Virus record (IMG/VR): IMGVR_UViG_3300009678_000004
Span: 630-64,629 of that record
DNA length: 64,000 nucleotides
From: a virus
Reading direction: 5' to 3' (one strand)
How positions within the stretch are numbered: the first letter of the stretch is position 1; every line of letters starts with the position of its first letter. Below, in pieces: positions 56,440-64,000 of this stretch. The notes beneath the pieces were generated by a model that had not been told where the DNA came from, made no database searches, and saw only the letters and a list, made by a program, of their open reading frames with translations. Both the position numbers and the translations under genes were made by a program.

Positions 56440-56768
56440 GTCAACCTCGTTCTGATGTAACCCGCCCAGAGTCCGTCACTGGTCGTGTTGTCGCGTAGCA
56501 GAATCTTGCCCACCTTGCCCGCCGCCACCGCCACCACCGTCACCGTGCCCGAGTGATCCTTGATCGTGAACGTCTGCGCGCCCAGGTTCGCGACCCAGGC
56601 GATCGGCCCGCCGGTGTGTGGGAAGCGCCGTGCGTCCGGCAGCAGTCCGACGAGTGCGGCCGCGCCGGGCGTCACCAGCACCAGGCGCCCGACCTGCGGC
56701 ACGATGTCGAAGTCGACCACCGGCGCGAGCTCCTGCGAGCCGCCAAAGAACGCAGCCTCGGTGATCAC
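56436..56768 (-). CDS. Tail protein, paralogue of the DUF2460 C-terminal extension
   Basis: FFGGSQE..GR..LPD..TGGP..VAN matches YFYGGSEE..GGR..LPD..NGGP..LVN. Confidence 0.6.
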   Translation of the reverse strand: MITEAAFFGGSQELAPVVDFDIVPQVGRLVLVTPGAAALVGLLPDARRFPHTGGPIAWVANLGAQTFTIKDHSGTVTVVAVAAGKVGKILLRDNTTSDGLWAGYIRTRLT

Positions 56769-56917
56769 TGCGGACGGCGCTCGAGGAAGATGTTGAAGAA
56801 CTCCTGACGCGCGGCTCGCGGCAGCACCTCGCGCCATTTGTCGAGCCACTCTTTCAGCTTCTCGACCGTCTCCGGATCGGCGATCGTGACCGTGATCGTG
56901 TTGGGATCGTTTGCCAT
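56765..56917 (-). CDS. 50-aa hypothetical protein
   Basis: AAAGGAG RBS; MANDPNTITVTIADPETVEKLKEW... Confidence 0.5.
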   Translation of the reverse strand: MANDPNTITVTIADPETVEKLKEWLDKWREVLPRAARQEFFNIFLERRPQ

Positions 56918-56932
56918 GGGAGAAACTCCTTT

Positions 56933-57913
56933 CTAGGCTCCATACCAGATCCTGAGGCCGCCGACGGTGGCGAGCAGCACCTCCGCCGCGTCGTTGCCGG
57001 GCAGCGTGAACTGTGTGAGGCCGGCGCGATTCTTCACCAGCACCGAGTTGCTGGTGATGTTGACCAGGTAGAACCACGGCCCACCGTTCGGCATCTCGGT
57101 GGTGTCGGGCAGTGTGACGGACAGCCCGGTCGTGGACGGGGCCAGGATCTTCACGCGGCCACCGCCCGGCGTGATCGAGATCGGCGCCGAGAACGTCAGG
57201 AACTCTTCCGAGCCACCGTAGAAGTATTCATCCGGGACAATGCCGGCCTGCGCCACCTCGACGATCGGGATCGACGGCAGATCGCCGGCGCCAAACGAGG
57301 TTAGCTCGACGAACAGGCCATCGTCGAGCGACTCGTCGAAGTGCACCGGGACGTCGAACTCGTAACCCGCGGTCACGTCCTCGCCGAGCGCCGGCGCGGC
57401 GGCGAACGTGATCAGCCCGCTGGTGGTGTCGACGGTCCAGTCGGCGCCCTCGGTCTTCTGCACGCCGTTCACGGCGACCAGCACCGTGCCGGCCTTCGGC
57501 TTGTAGATGTTGCGCACGCGCGTGATGACCAGGTCGCTGTACTTCTTCACCAGTTGGAACACCGTGGTCACCCCATCGCCGACGGCGATCACCACGTCCG
57601 AGAACGTCGGCGTCGATCCTTCAAGGTAGGTGCTGGGGTAGGACGCATCGGCGGCGGTGGTGAAGTCCAAGGGATCGCGGAACCGGAACCCGGTCGCTGG
57701 GCCCAGGCGCGCGATGAAGAACGCCTGGACCGAGCGTAGGTCGTCGTAGTTACGCACGCCGTAGCGCACGTCGAATCGATGCAGCGGGTAGGACCAGCGC
57801 GCCACGTACTCGGCGGCGCCCGAACGCTTGCGCACGACGGACGTGGAGAAGCCCGGACCGCTGCGCGAGCGGTAAGCAATTCCTGTGGGGAACCTCAGTT
57901 CATGGAAGCTGAT
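56933..57913 (-). CDS. Distal tail protein DUF2460 (TIGR02217-like), apparent ATC start
   Basis: (I)SFHELRFP..GPGFST; FF.AR.G...GFRFRDP.DF; GDGVTTVFQLVKKY; AGYEFDVPVHFD. Confidence 0.85.
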   Translation of the reverse strand: MSFHELRFPTGIAYRSRSGPGFSTSVVRKRSGAAEYVARWSYPLHRFDVRYGVRNYDDLRSVQAFFIARLGPATGFRFRDPLDFTTAADASYPSTYLEGSTPTFSDVVIAVGDGVTTVFQLVKKYSDLVITRVRNIYKPKAGTVLVAVNGVQKTEGADWTVDTTSGLITFAAAPALGEDVTAGYEFDVPVHFDESLDDGLFVELTSFGAGDLPSIPIVEVAQAGIVPDEYFYGGSEEFLTFSAPISITPGGGRVKILAPSTTGLSVTLPDTTEMPNGGPWFYLVNITSNSVLVKNRAGLTQFTLPGNDAAEVLLATVGGLRIWYGA

Positions 57914-57922
57914 GGCGGTCCT

Positions 57923-60900
57923 CTATCTGATCTGGCTCACCCGGTGGCGGAGATCGGCCGCGATCTGACGCTCGCTCTTCTTGAAGCCGGCGACGTCGGG
58001 CGTCGAGACGTTCATGGTGATGTTGACCATGGTCGATTTTCCCCCGCCCGAGGTCTCGACGCCGAGCTTGCCTTCGCCGGTGCGCACCAGCGGCACGATC
58101 GCTTCGTCGCCGGCTTCGCCGGCCAATCCCGAGCGCCCCCCGCGGAGCGGGAACATGGTCGGTTGCGTGATGAGATCGGGCAGTCCGCCGCGCGCAAACG
58201 GCACCAGCGTCTGCGACGAGAAGACGTTGCCCTTGGCGGATTGGACTGGTCCGATGAAATCGAAGTCGCCGGGAACCGGGCTTGCGCCCCCACCACCACC
58301 GAACAGGCCAGCGAACAGACCCGCGAGCCCGCCACCACCGCCGCCACCAGCTTGGCCGCCCAACAACTCGGCGAAGATCGCCTTGAACCCGGCCTTGAGG
58401 CCTTGGTCGAGTGCCTCGCGCTGCAGGTCCTCGAAGACCTTCTTCAGCGCATCCTTGAACGAGATCGCCCCGTCCAGGATCTCGGAGAACGCGTCGGCGA
58501 ACGTGGCGGCGAGGTCCTCGGCGACGCGGTTGATCTCCGCCATGCGCTGCAGCTTCTTCAGCTCCTCGTCGTACTGCTTGAGCAGATCGGCGCTGATCAC
58601 GACCTGATTCTCGGCCGCCTCCTTCTGCAGCTGCCGGAGAGCAATCTCGCGCTCGCGCTCGTCGTTGGTCTTGCCGATCAACGTCTGCTCGAACTGCAGA
58701 TCCTCGATGCGCTTGCGGATATCGGTCTCGAGTTCCTGCTTGGTGGCGGCGCGGAAGCGCTCCTCGTAGGCGCGTGCCACGTCCTCGACGGTGTCGCCCT
58801 CGATGCCGAGCTGGCGCGCGATCTCGGCGATCTTGTCCGCTTGCGAATCGCGCAGCTTGAGGTTGATCTCGAGCAGGTCGTTCTGCAGCTGGCGCTCGCG
58901 GTTGCCTTGACCGAGCGCCTTCGACTCCGCCTCGAGCGCAGCGAAGGTCTTCAGGACCGACTCTTCCGGCTTGTCGAGACTCACGTTGCGGCCGAAGCCC
59001 GGGGGCGCCTTGGGGCCTTGCGGCTCGAACGGGCGAGAGGGATCGACGAACCCCGCGGGCAGCTCGGGGCCTTGGGTGAGTTTCCCAGCCCTGGCGTCTT
59101 CGAGGAACTTCGCGAACGCTCGCTCGGATGCGCGCTTGTTGATGTTCTCGAGCGTCTTCTCGAACGTATCCTCGAGGAACGCGCCGGTGATCTGGAATCC
59201 CTTCACCAGCTCGCCAACGAAATCCCGGTTGGCCGACTTGGTCCAGTTGTCGCCCAGCTCCTTGAAGAAGTCGGTGGGCGACAGCGCATCGCCGAGCCCT
59301 TGCTTGAGCGCCTTCGCCGATTCGATCGGACTCGAGAAATCGAAGTCGGCGATCACGAACACCGCCTGCGCGAGCTTCTTGATCACCAGACCGAGCGCGT
59401 CGGCCATGATCTTGAACGTGGCGATGATCGCGTTGGCGATGATCTTGGCGCTCTGGAGCAGGCCGTCCATGCTCTTGCTCCAGTCGGCGTTGAGTCCGCG
59501 GCCGATGCCCTGGAAGGAGCCGATCAGCGGCTCGCCCAGCGCCTCCACGCCGCCGATGATCGACTCCCAGGCGGCGCTCGCGAGGTCAGGGATGAGCTCA
59601 AAGAAGAGCTTGATGTTCTGGACGACCGTGTCCCAGACGCCCATCACGATGTCGCCGACGGTCGCCGTGGTCTCGCCGATCGACACCACCTCGTCCTGGA
59701 AGATGATGAACGCGGCCACTGCAGCGCCGACCGCCGTCACCAGCAGACCGATCGGGTTGGCCGTGACCGCCACGTTGAACCCCAGCATCGCCGCGGTGGC
59801 GCGCACGATGGTCGCCGCTAGGCCGAGGAAGAACTCGGCCGCCTGCACCGCCTTCAGCGTCACGAACGCGGCGGCAGCGCCAGCGAGCGCCCCCTCAAGC
59901 AGCTTGACCGCCGTGGCGCTGGTGCGGAACGGCACATCGAGCCCAGCGAGCGCGTTGACCGCGTCGGTGATCAAGTCGAGCGCGAACTTGAGCGCGCCGC
60001 CAAACCCGGCCTCGCCGGTCGAGAGCGCCAATCCCGCGAAGGCGTTCTTCGCATGGTCGATGGCGCCGCCAAGGGTCTCGTCCAGGGCCCCGGACAGCTC
60101 ATCGAGCGTGCCCTTCACCTTCCTGAGCTTGTCGGTGTCGGCGTCAATCTCTTTGGTCGCTTGCGTGACCGCCAGCGCCGCGTCTTCGCCACGCTTGCCA
60201 AAGAGCTGGAACGCTTGGCCGGCGGTCAGTCCCGCCGCCCCGAGTTTGCGGAACGCCTCGATCGGGCTCACCAGCGCCGGATCGATGTCCTTGAACTTGA
60301 GATCCAGTTCCTTCAGCACTCTGGTGAGCTTGGGCGTGTCGTCGGTGAGATCGAGCAGGATACCGCGCAGCGCGGTACCGCCACGCTCGCCCTTGAGGCC
60401 GCCCTGGGCCAGCGCCTCGAGCAGGGCGGCGGTCTCCTCGATCGACAGGCCTAGGTTGGCCGCAGTGCGGCCGACATAGCTGAACGCGGTCGCCATCTCC
60501 GAGACGTTAGTCGTCGAGTCGTTGGCCGACTTGGCGATCACGTCCAGCACGTGCACCACGTCCTCGGAGCCGAGCGAGAACTGGTTCAACGTGTTGACGG
60601 TCTGTTCCGCCGCTTGGCCGACGCCGATCACGCCGGCCTGCGCAAACTTCAGCACGGTCGGCAGTTCTTTGATGATGTCGGTCGCCGACACGCCGGCGCG
60701 CGCGAGCTCGAGCATGCCCTCCGCCGCCTCGGCGGCGCCAAAGCGCGTCGTGGCGCCGATCGTCCGCGCGGCTTCGCCGAGCGCCTGGAACTGGCGCTGC
60801 TGCTCTTCGATCGTGGCGGTGGCGTCCTTGGTGATCGCGCCGACCTGCGCCATGATGTCGCCGAACTCGGCGATCGTGCTCACCGCACGGCGGGCGGCGA

Positions 60901-61189
60901 TGATGCCGCCGAACACGCCGACCAAGCGCCCCATGGTGCTCGCGAGCGACCCGGTACTGAGTCCCGCCCGGGAAGCGGCGCGGTCGATCGAGCCAATCCC
61001 GGCGGCGGTTTGCTGGGCGGAGGCGGCCAGCTTCCGGTTCTCGTTCTCCAGCCTGACGTTCCGCTCGATCAGCGCGTTGACCGACAGGCCGAGCTTCCTG
61101 GTGTTCTCGCCGAGGGCGCCCAGATTGCGATTCGCGGCCTCAGCCCCGATCGTGTTGATCTCGATCTGCAGCGTCGCCAGGTCGGGCAT
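57923..61189 (-). CDS. Tape measure protein (TP901-type)
   Basis: AR.IGATTRF.A.EAAEG..LARAG; C-terminal AKGNVF..FARGG..AGEAG.EAIVPL. Confidence 0.95.
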   Translation of the reverse strand: MPDLATLQIEINTIGAEAANRNLGALGENTRKLGLSVNALIERNVRLENENRKLAASAQQTAAGIGSIDRAASRAGLSTGSLASTMGRLVGVFGGIIAARRAVSTIAEFGDIMAQVGAITKDATATIEEQQRQFQALGEAARTIGATTRFGAAEAAEGMLELARAGVSATDIIKELPTVLKFAQAGVIGVGQAAEQTVNTLNQFSLGSEDVVHVLDVIAKSANDSTTNVSEMATAFSYVGRTAANLGLSIEETAALLEALAQGGLKGERGGTALRGILLDLTDDTPKLTRVLKELDLKFKDIDPALVSPIEAFRKLGAAGLTAGQAFQLFGKRGEDAALAVTQATKEIDADTDKLRKVKGTLDELSGALDETLGGAIDHAKNAFAGLALSTGEAGFGGALKFALDLITDAVNALAGLDVPFRTSATAVKLLEGALAGAAAAFVTLKAVQAAEFFLGLAATIVRATAAMLGFNVAVTANPIGLLVTAVGAAVAAFIIFQDEVVSIGETTATVGDIVMGVWDTVVQNIKLFFELIPDLASAAWESIIGGVEALGEPLIGSFQGIGRGLNADWSKSMDGLLQSAKIIANAIIATFKIMADALGLVIKKLAQAVFVIADFDFSSPIESAKALKQGLGDALSPTDFFKELGDNWTKSANRDFVGELVKGFQITGAFLEDTFEKTLENINKRASERAFAKFLEDARAGKLTQGPELPAGFVDPSRPFEPQGPKAPPGFGRNVSLDKPEESVLKTFAALEAESKALGQGNRERQLQNDLLEINLKLRDSQADKIAEIARQLGIEGDTVEDVARAYEERFRAATKQELETDIRKRIEDLQFEQTLIGKTNDEREREIALRQLQKEAAENQVVISADLLKQYDEELKKLQRMAEINRVAEDLAATFADAFSEILDGAISFKDALKKVFEDLQREALDQGLKAGFKAIFAELLGGQAGGGGGGGLAGLFAGLFGGGGGASPVPGDFDFIGPVQSAKGNVFSSQTLVPFARGGLPDLITQPTMFPLRGGRSGLAGEAGDEAIVPLVRTGEGKLGVETSGGGKSTMVNITMNVSTPDVAGFKKSERQIAADLRHRVSQIR

Positions 61190-61553
61190 TCATCACCCCA
61201 AGGAAGGCGCGATCGAGGAGATCGATCGCGCGGAGCTCCCACGGCTCGAGCAGAACTTGGTAAAGCTCAGACCACGCACGCGTCGCTTCCCAGGTGATCG
61301 GCAACAGCCCGCCCATGGTCGCGCCACGCCGCACCGAGAGATCGACGAACGCCTTCCAGACAAAGTCGGCGCCGTCCGGGAGCTCGTCGTGCTGGTCATG
61401 GTCGGGGAAGTACTCGGCGACGACTTCCTCGATCGGCACCTTCTTGGTCGTCGCGATCTGCTCCAAGTGGTCGGAGATCGCCGCGCCGCGCACCTCTTTC
61501 TTGAGCGCGAAATGGTGATCGGCATAGGCGACGAGCTCCGCGATCAGTTTCCC
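61140..61553 (-). CDS. Tail assembly chaperone, -1 frameshifted extension (gpGT-like)
   Basis: G GGA AAC slippery heptamer at 61553-61547 shifts into ..PITWEATRAWSEL..PWELRAIDLLD. Confidence 0.75.
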   Translation of the reverse strand, partial: GKLIAELVAYADHHFALKKEVRGAAISDHLEQIATTKKVPIEEVVAEYFPDHDQHDELPDGADFVWKAFVDLSVRRGATMGGLLPITWEATRAWSELYQVLLEPWELRAIDLLDRAFLGVMNARPGDAADRDQHDRG

Positions 61554-61954
61554 AGGAAGTGCTCGCGGTCCGAGACGAAGCTGTCGACCTGCTCGCGGAT
61601 CCACGGGAAGCGCGTGTAGAGCGCCACCACGTTGTCGCGCGTGCACGGCATCTCGACGCCGTCCACGATCACGTGCTTCCAGCTCTTGGTGCAGGCGGCG
61701 AGCAGCCGAAGCGAGTTCTCCTCGAGATCCTCGGCGGTGAAGCGGCTGGCGCCGTTACGCGCGTTCATGCGCTTCCGGAGCCGATTGTTCTGCAGCTCGC
61801 GCGTCTCGGCGATGCAGTCCTTCGAGTCCGTGCCGACCAAGGAGATCGACACGTTCTCGCCGCTCGCCTCATCGATCAACGGATCGCCGGTCACCGGATG
61901 GTGCAGCACCAGCTCGGTCGCGGTGGTCTTCAGTCCTAGTGTGCTCAGGTCCAT
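61544..61954 (-). CDS. Tail assembly chaperone (gpG-like)
   Basis: HPVTGDPL, LVGTDS, LYTRFPWIREQVD. Confidence 0.85.
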   Translation of the reverse strand: MDLSTLGLKTTATELVLHHPVTGDPLIDEASGENVSISLVGTDSKDCIAETRELQNNRLRKRMNARNGASRFTAEDLEENSLRLLAACTKSWKHVIVDGVEMPCTRDNVVALYTRFPWIREQVDSFVSDREHFLGN

Positions 61955-61956
61955 GC

Positions 61957-63117
61957 TTAGACGTTGCTCCTCTGGATATAGATGGGCACCGCATAGGTGG
62001 CGTGTTCGAGCGCCTCGAACGGCATCACGAGCGGCACGGGGCCGCGCTGCGGAGGGTCCATCGAGCCGCCGGTGTACTTCACGCGCGGGAAGACAAAGAC
62101 CATGAAGTCGGTGAGGTTGGGCGCCAAGAGCTTCAGCCAGATCGAGCTCTCGGTCTCGTTCACGAACTTGTTGAACATGGTCGCGTTCTCGAAGAACACG
62201 GTCATGGTGCCGGTGACGATCGCGTCGCCCTCGAACACGTCCGGCGAGAAGCGCGAGCCGATCACGCCTTCGAGCGAACGGTTGTTGTTGACCGTGAACT
62301 CGATCGACGTCACCACGGCATTCAGGATGCCGTTCTCGTAGAGCCCGCCTTCGAACGCGGCGAACGGTGTGTTGGTCGACGGCGCGGTCGGTGGCGAGCC
62401 GGACACCGAGACGACGTCCATGGCGCCGGCCGACATGCCGAGCAAGGTGAAGCTGCCGCCGGCGATCGCCTTCGGCGTGACCGAGATCTGGGTCTGGTTG
62501 ATCGCTACACCGCGGAACGGCTGGAACTGCGTCACGTCCTGGAACTGGCGCTCGAGCGTGATCGTGGTCAGCGTCTGCCCGGCGTTGAGCCGCTTGCCCT
62601 GTACGAGGATCAGCTCGTCGCCGGTGCCGGCCTCGGTCACCAGCGTGACGGCGCTCACGGTGATCGACAGGGCGGCCACCGTGAGGACCAGGAAGAGCCC
62701 GTTGTTGGCGCCGGCGACGAAGCCCGAGACCGTGATCCAGTCGCCCGGCCGGAAGCCGTCGGTGATGAAGCTGCCGGCGGCGCGCGAGAAGGTGCTGGGG
62801 GCGGTGGCGTCGAGGGTCGTCACGCCGGTCGTGACCGACACCCAGCCCGAAGAACCAAGCCCGTACTGGAGGAAGTCGTCATAGTCGACGAGCGACAGCT
62901 GGAACCCGGGGTTGCCGGCCACCGAGTTGAAGCCATGCCTCACGTCGGCGCGGAAGCGCGTCGATCGCACCTCCTGCGACACCAGGATCTCCTTCTCGAG
63001 GTTGACGTTCCTCGAGGTGGTCCGCAGCGTCTTCAAGATTGGCGCGGCGGGCGTGACGCCGTGCGTCACTTCCTCGACGTAGCCGAGCACAACGCGCGCG
63101 CCGGATGCGATGGTCAT
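61957..63117 (-). CDS. Major tail tube protein
   Basis: YVEEVTHGVTPAAP, SQEVRS.R, VTGTMTVFFEN. Confidence 0.85.
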   Translation of the reverse strand: MTIASGARVVLGYVEEVTHGVTPAAPILKTLRTTSRNVNLEKEILVSQEVRSTRFRADVRHGFNSVAGNPGFQLSLVDYDDFLQYGLGSSGWVSVTTGVTTLDATAPSTFSRAAGSFITDGFRPGDWITVSGFVAGANNGLFLVLTVAALSITVSAVTLVTEAGTGDELILVQGKRLNAGQTLTTITLERQFQDVTQFQPFRGVAINQTQISVTPKAIAGGSFTLLGMSAGAMDVVSVSGSPPTAPSTNTPFAAFEGGLYENGILNAVVTSIEFTVNNNRSLEGVIGSRFSPDVFEGDAIVTGTMTVFFENATMFNKFVNETESSIWLKLLAPNLTDFMVFVFPRVKYTGGSMDPPQRGPVPLVMPFEALEHATYAVPIYIQRSNV

Positions 63118-63135
63118 GGACGGAAAACCTTCCTG

Positions 63136-63564
63136 TTAGGGGACGAACGCGAAGCTGCGCCACGCGACGTTGACCGGAACGAACCACCAAGCCGGGTCGA
63201 ACTGCCGGCCGCTGCCGCGCTCGACCCGATCGATCACGAGCTCGACGCCTTCATCGCTGAGCCCGTTCGCCGCCTCGAAGCTGTCCGCGATCGCCGTGGA
63301 GAGATCCTCGGCGAACTCGGTGCCCATGCCCTGCGGCGTGATCACGTCGTACTGCACGCGCCCGCGCGACTCGACCGCGCCGGTGCTCACGCGTCCCTCG
63401 CCAGCGATCAGCAGCGTCTCGCGGATCCACGGCGCCGGTGGTTCGGGCGGGGTGAACGGCCGATTCTGCGGCGCGATTCTTTCCTCGGGCACGATGCCGG
63501 TCACGGTCAGGAGTCGGTTCCTGAGCGCCTGGCGGATGCCTCGGAGATCGACGGCAGCAACCAT
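63136..63564 (-). CDS. Tail terminator (DUF4128-like)
   Basis: N..FTPP..PWIR, G.VQYDV..P.G.G. Confidence 0.75.
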   Translation of the reverse strand: MVAAVDLRGIRQALRNRLLTVTGIVPEERIAPQNRPFTPPEPPAPWIRETLLIAGEGRVSTGAVESRGRVQYDVITPQGMGTEFAEDLSTAIADSFEAANGLSDEGVELVIDRVERGSGRQFDPAWWFVPVNVAWRSFAFVP

Positions 63565-64000
63565 CAGGGCAACTCCGCGATCACCTTGGCCACGATCGCG
63601 TCGATGTTGGCGAGCGTCTCATCAAGCGAGAGCTGGAGAACACCGGCCGGCGCCTGCCCGGAATGGCCCTGCTCAAGCTCGTGCGCATAAGGAACGTTGT
63701 TCGAGATGATGATCGTTTCGCCGGCAAGCGCGTTCTGCAGCACGTCCTCGGCGTAAGCCTGTTCCTCGGCCGTGATCGGTTCTTGCGGCACGAAGAGATC
63801 TGAGACTTGCTGGCTGGCGGCCAGTCGATCGCGGCCGAGTGGTCTGAGATCCGGCAATGCGTCCAGATCAATCTGACCGATGCCGATCCGCCAGCTGCCA
63901 CGAAAGCGGCCGGTATCGACCGGCGAGCGCGTCACGCATTGCGTGTAGGTGAACTCCGCGATGCGGCGCGTCGCCACCACGGCGCGCAGGCTCGCCTTGC
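63564..64000 (-). CDS. HK97 gp10-like neck protein (5' end outside window)
   Basis: SPVDTGRFRGSW, NNVPYAHELEQGHSGQAPAG. Confidence 0.85.
   Translation of the reverse strand, partial: KASLRAVVATRRIAEFTYTQCVTRSPVDTGRFRGSWRIGIGQIDLDALPDLRPLGRDRLAASQQVSDLFVPQEPITAEEQAYAEDVLQNALAGETIIISNNVPYAHELEQGHSGQAPAGVLQLSLDETLANIDAIVAKVIAELP

Noticed and set aside
127-63690. Long plus-strand ORFs such as 127-2031, 9461-11644, 57779-59821 and 61939-63690
   Set aside because: Antisense shadows of real minus-strand genes in high-GC DNA

Overview
Near-complete genome of a high-GC temperate siphovirus-like phage, almost all on the minus strand and apparently circularly permuted. The head-closure gene cut at position 1 is the gene normally found just upstream of the neck gene cut at 64000, and an intact attP (3' half of a tRNA-Phe) lies next to the integrase. 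Modules: head (terminase, DUF4055-like portal, MuF fused to an ADP-ribosyltransferase, scaffold, P22-type coat) with a fibre-like gene block between scaffold and coat; orphan, secreted and membrane genes; replication and recombination (initiator with internal iterons, helicase loader, RecE/RecT, SSB, RusA, MTase); integration; morons; and a GTA-like tail. The host is probably diderm, possibly Planctomycetota (inference). Top finding, 28248-30152: a Cas7/RAMP-like gene and an accessory gene followed by a non-coding array of 9 units delimited by GGCCGC. The units are built from pentamers with a G every fifth base, and 8 of 9 unit lengths are 5n+4. This is a candidate non-CRISPR RNA-guided system. 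All family assignments come from motif recognition by eye, not database searches.
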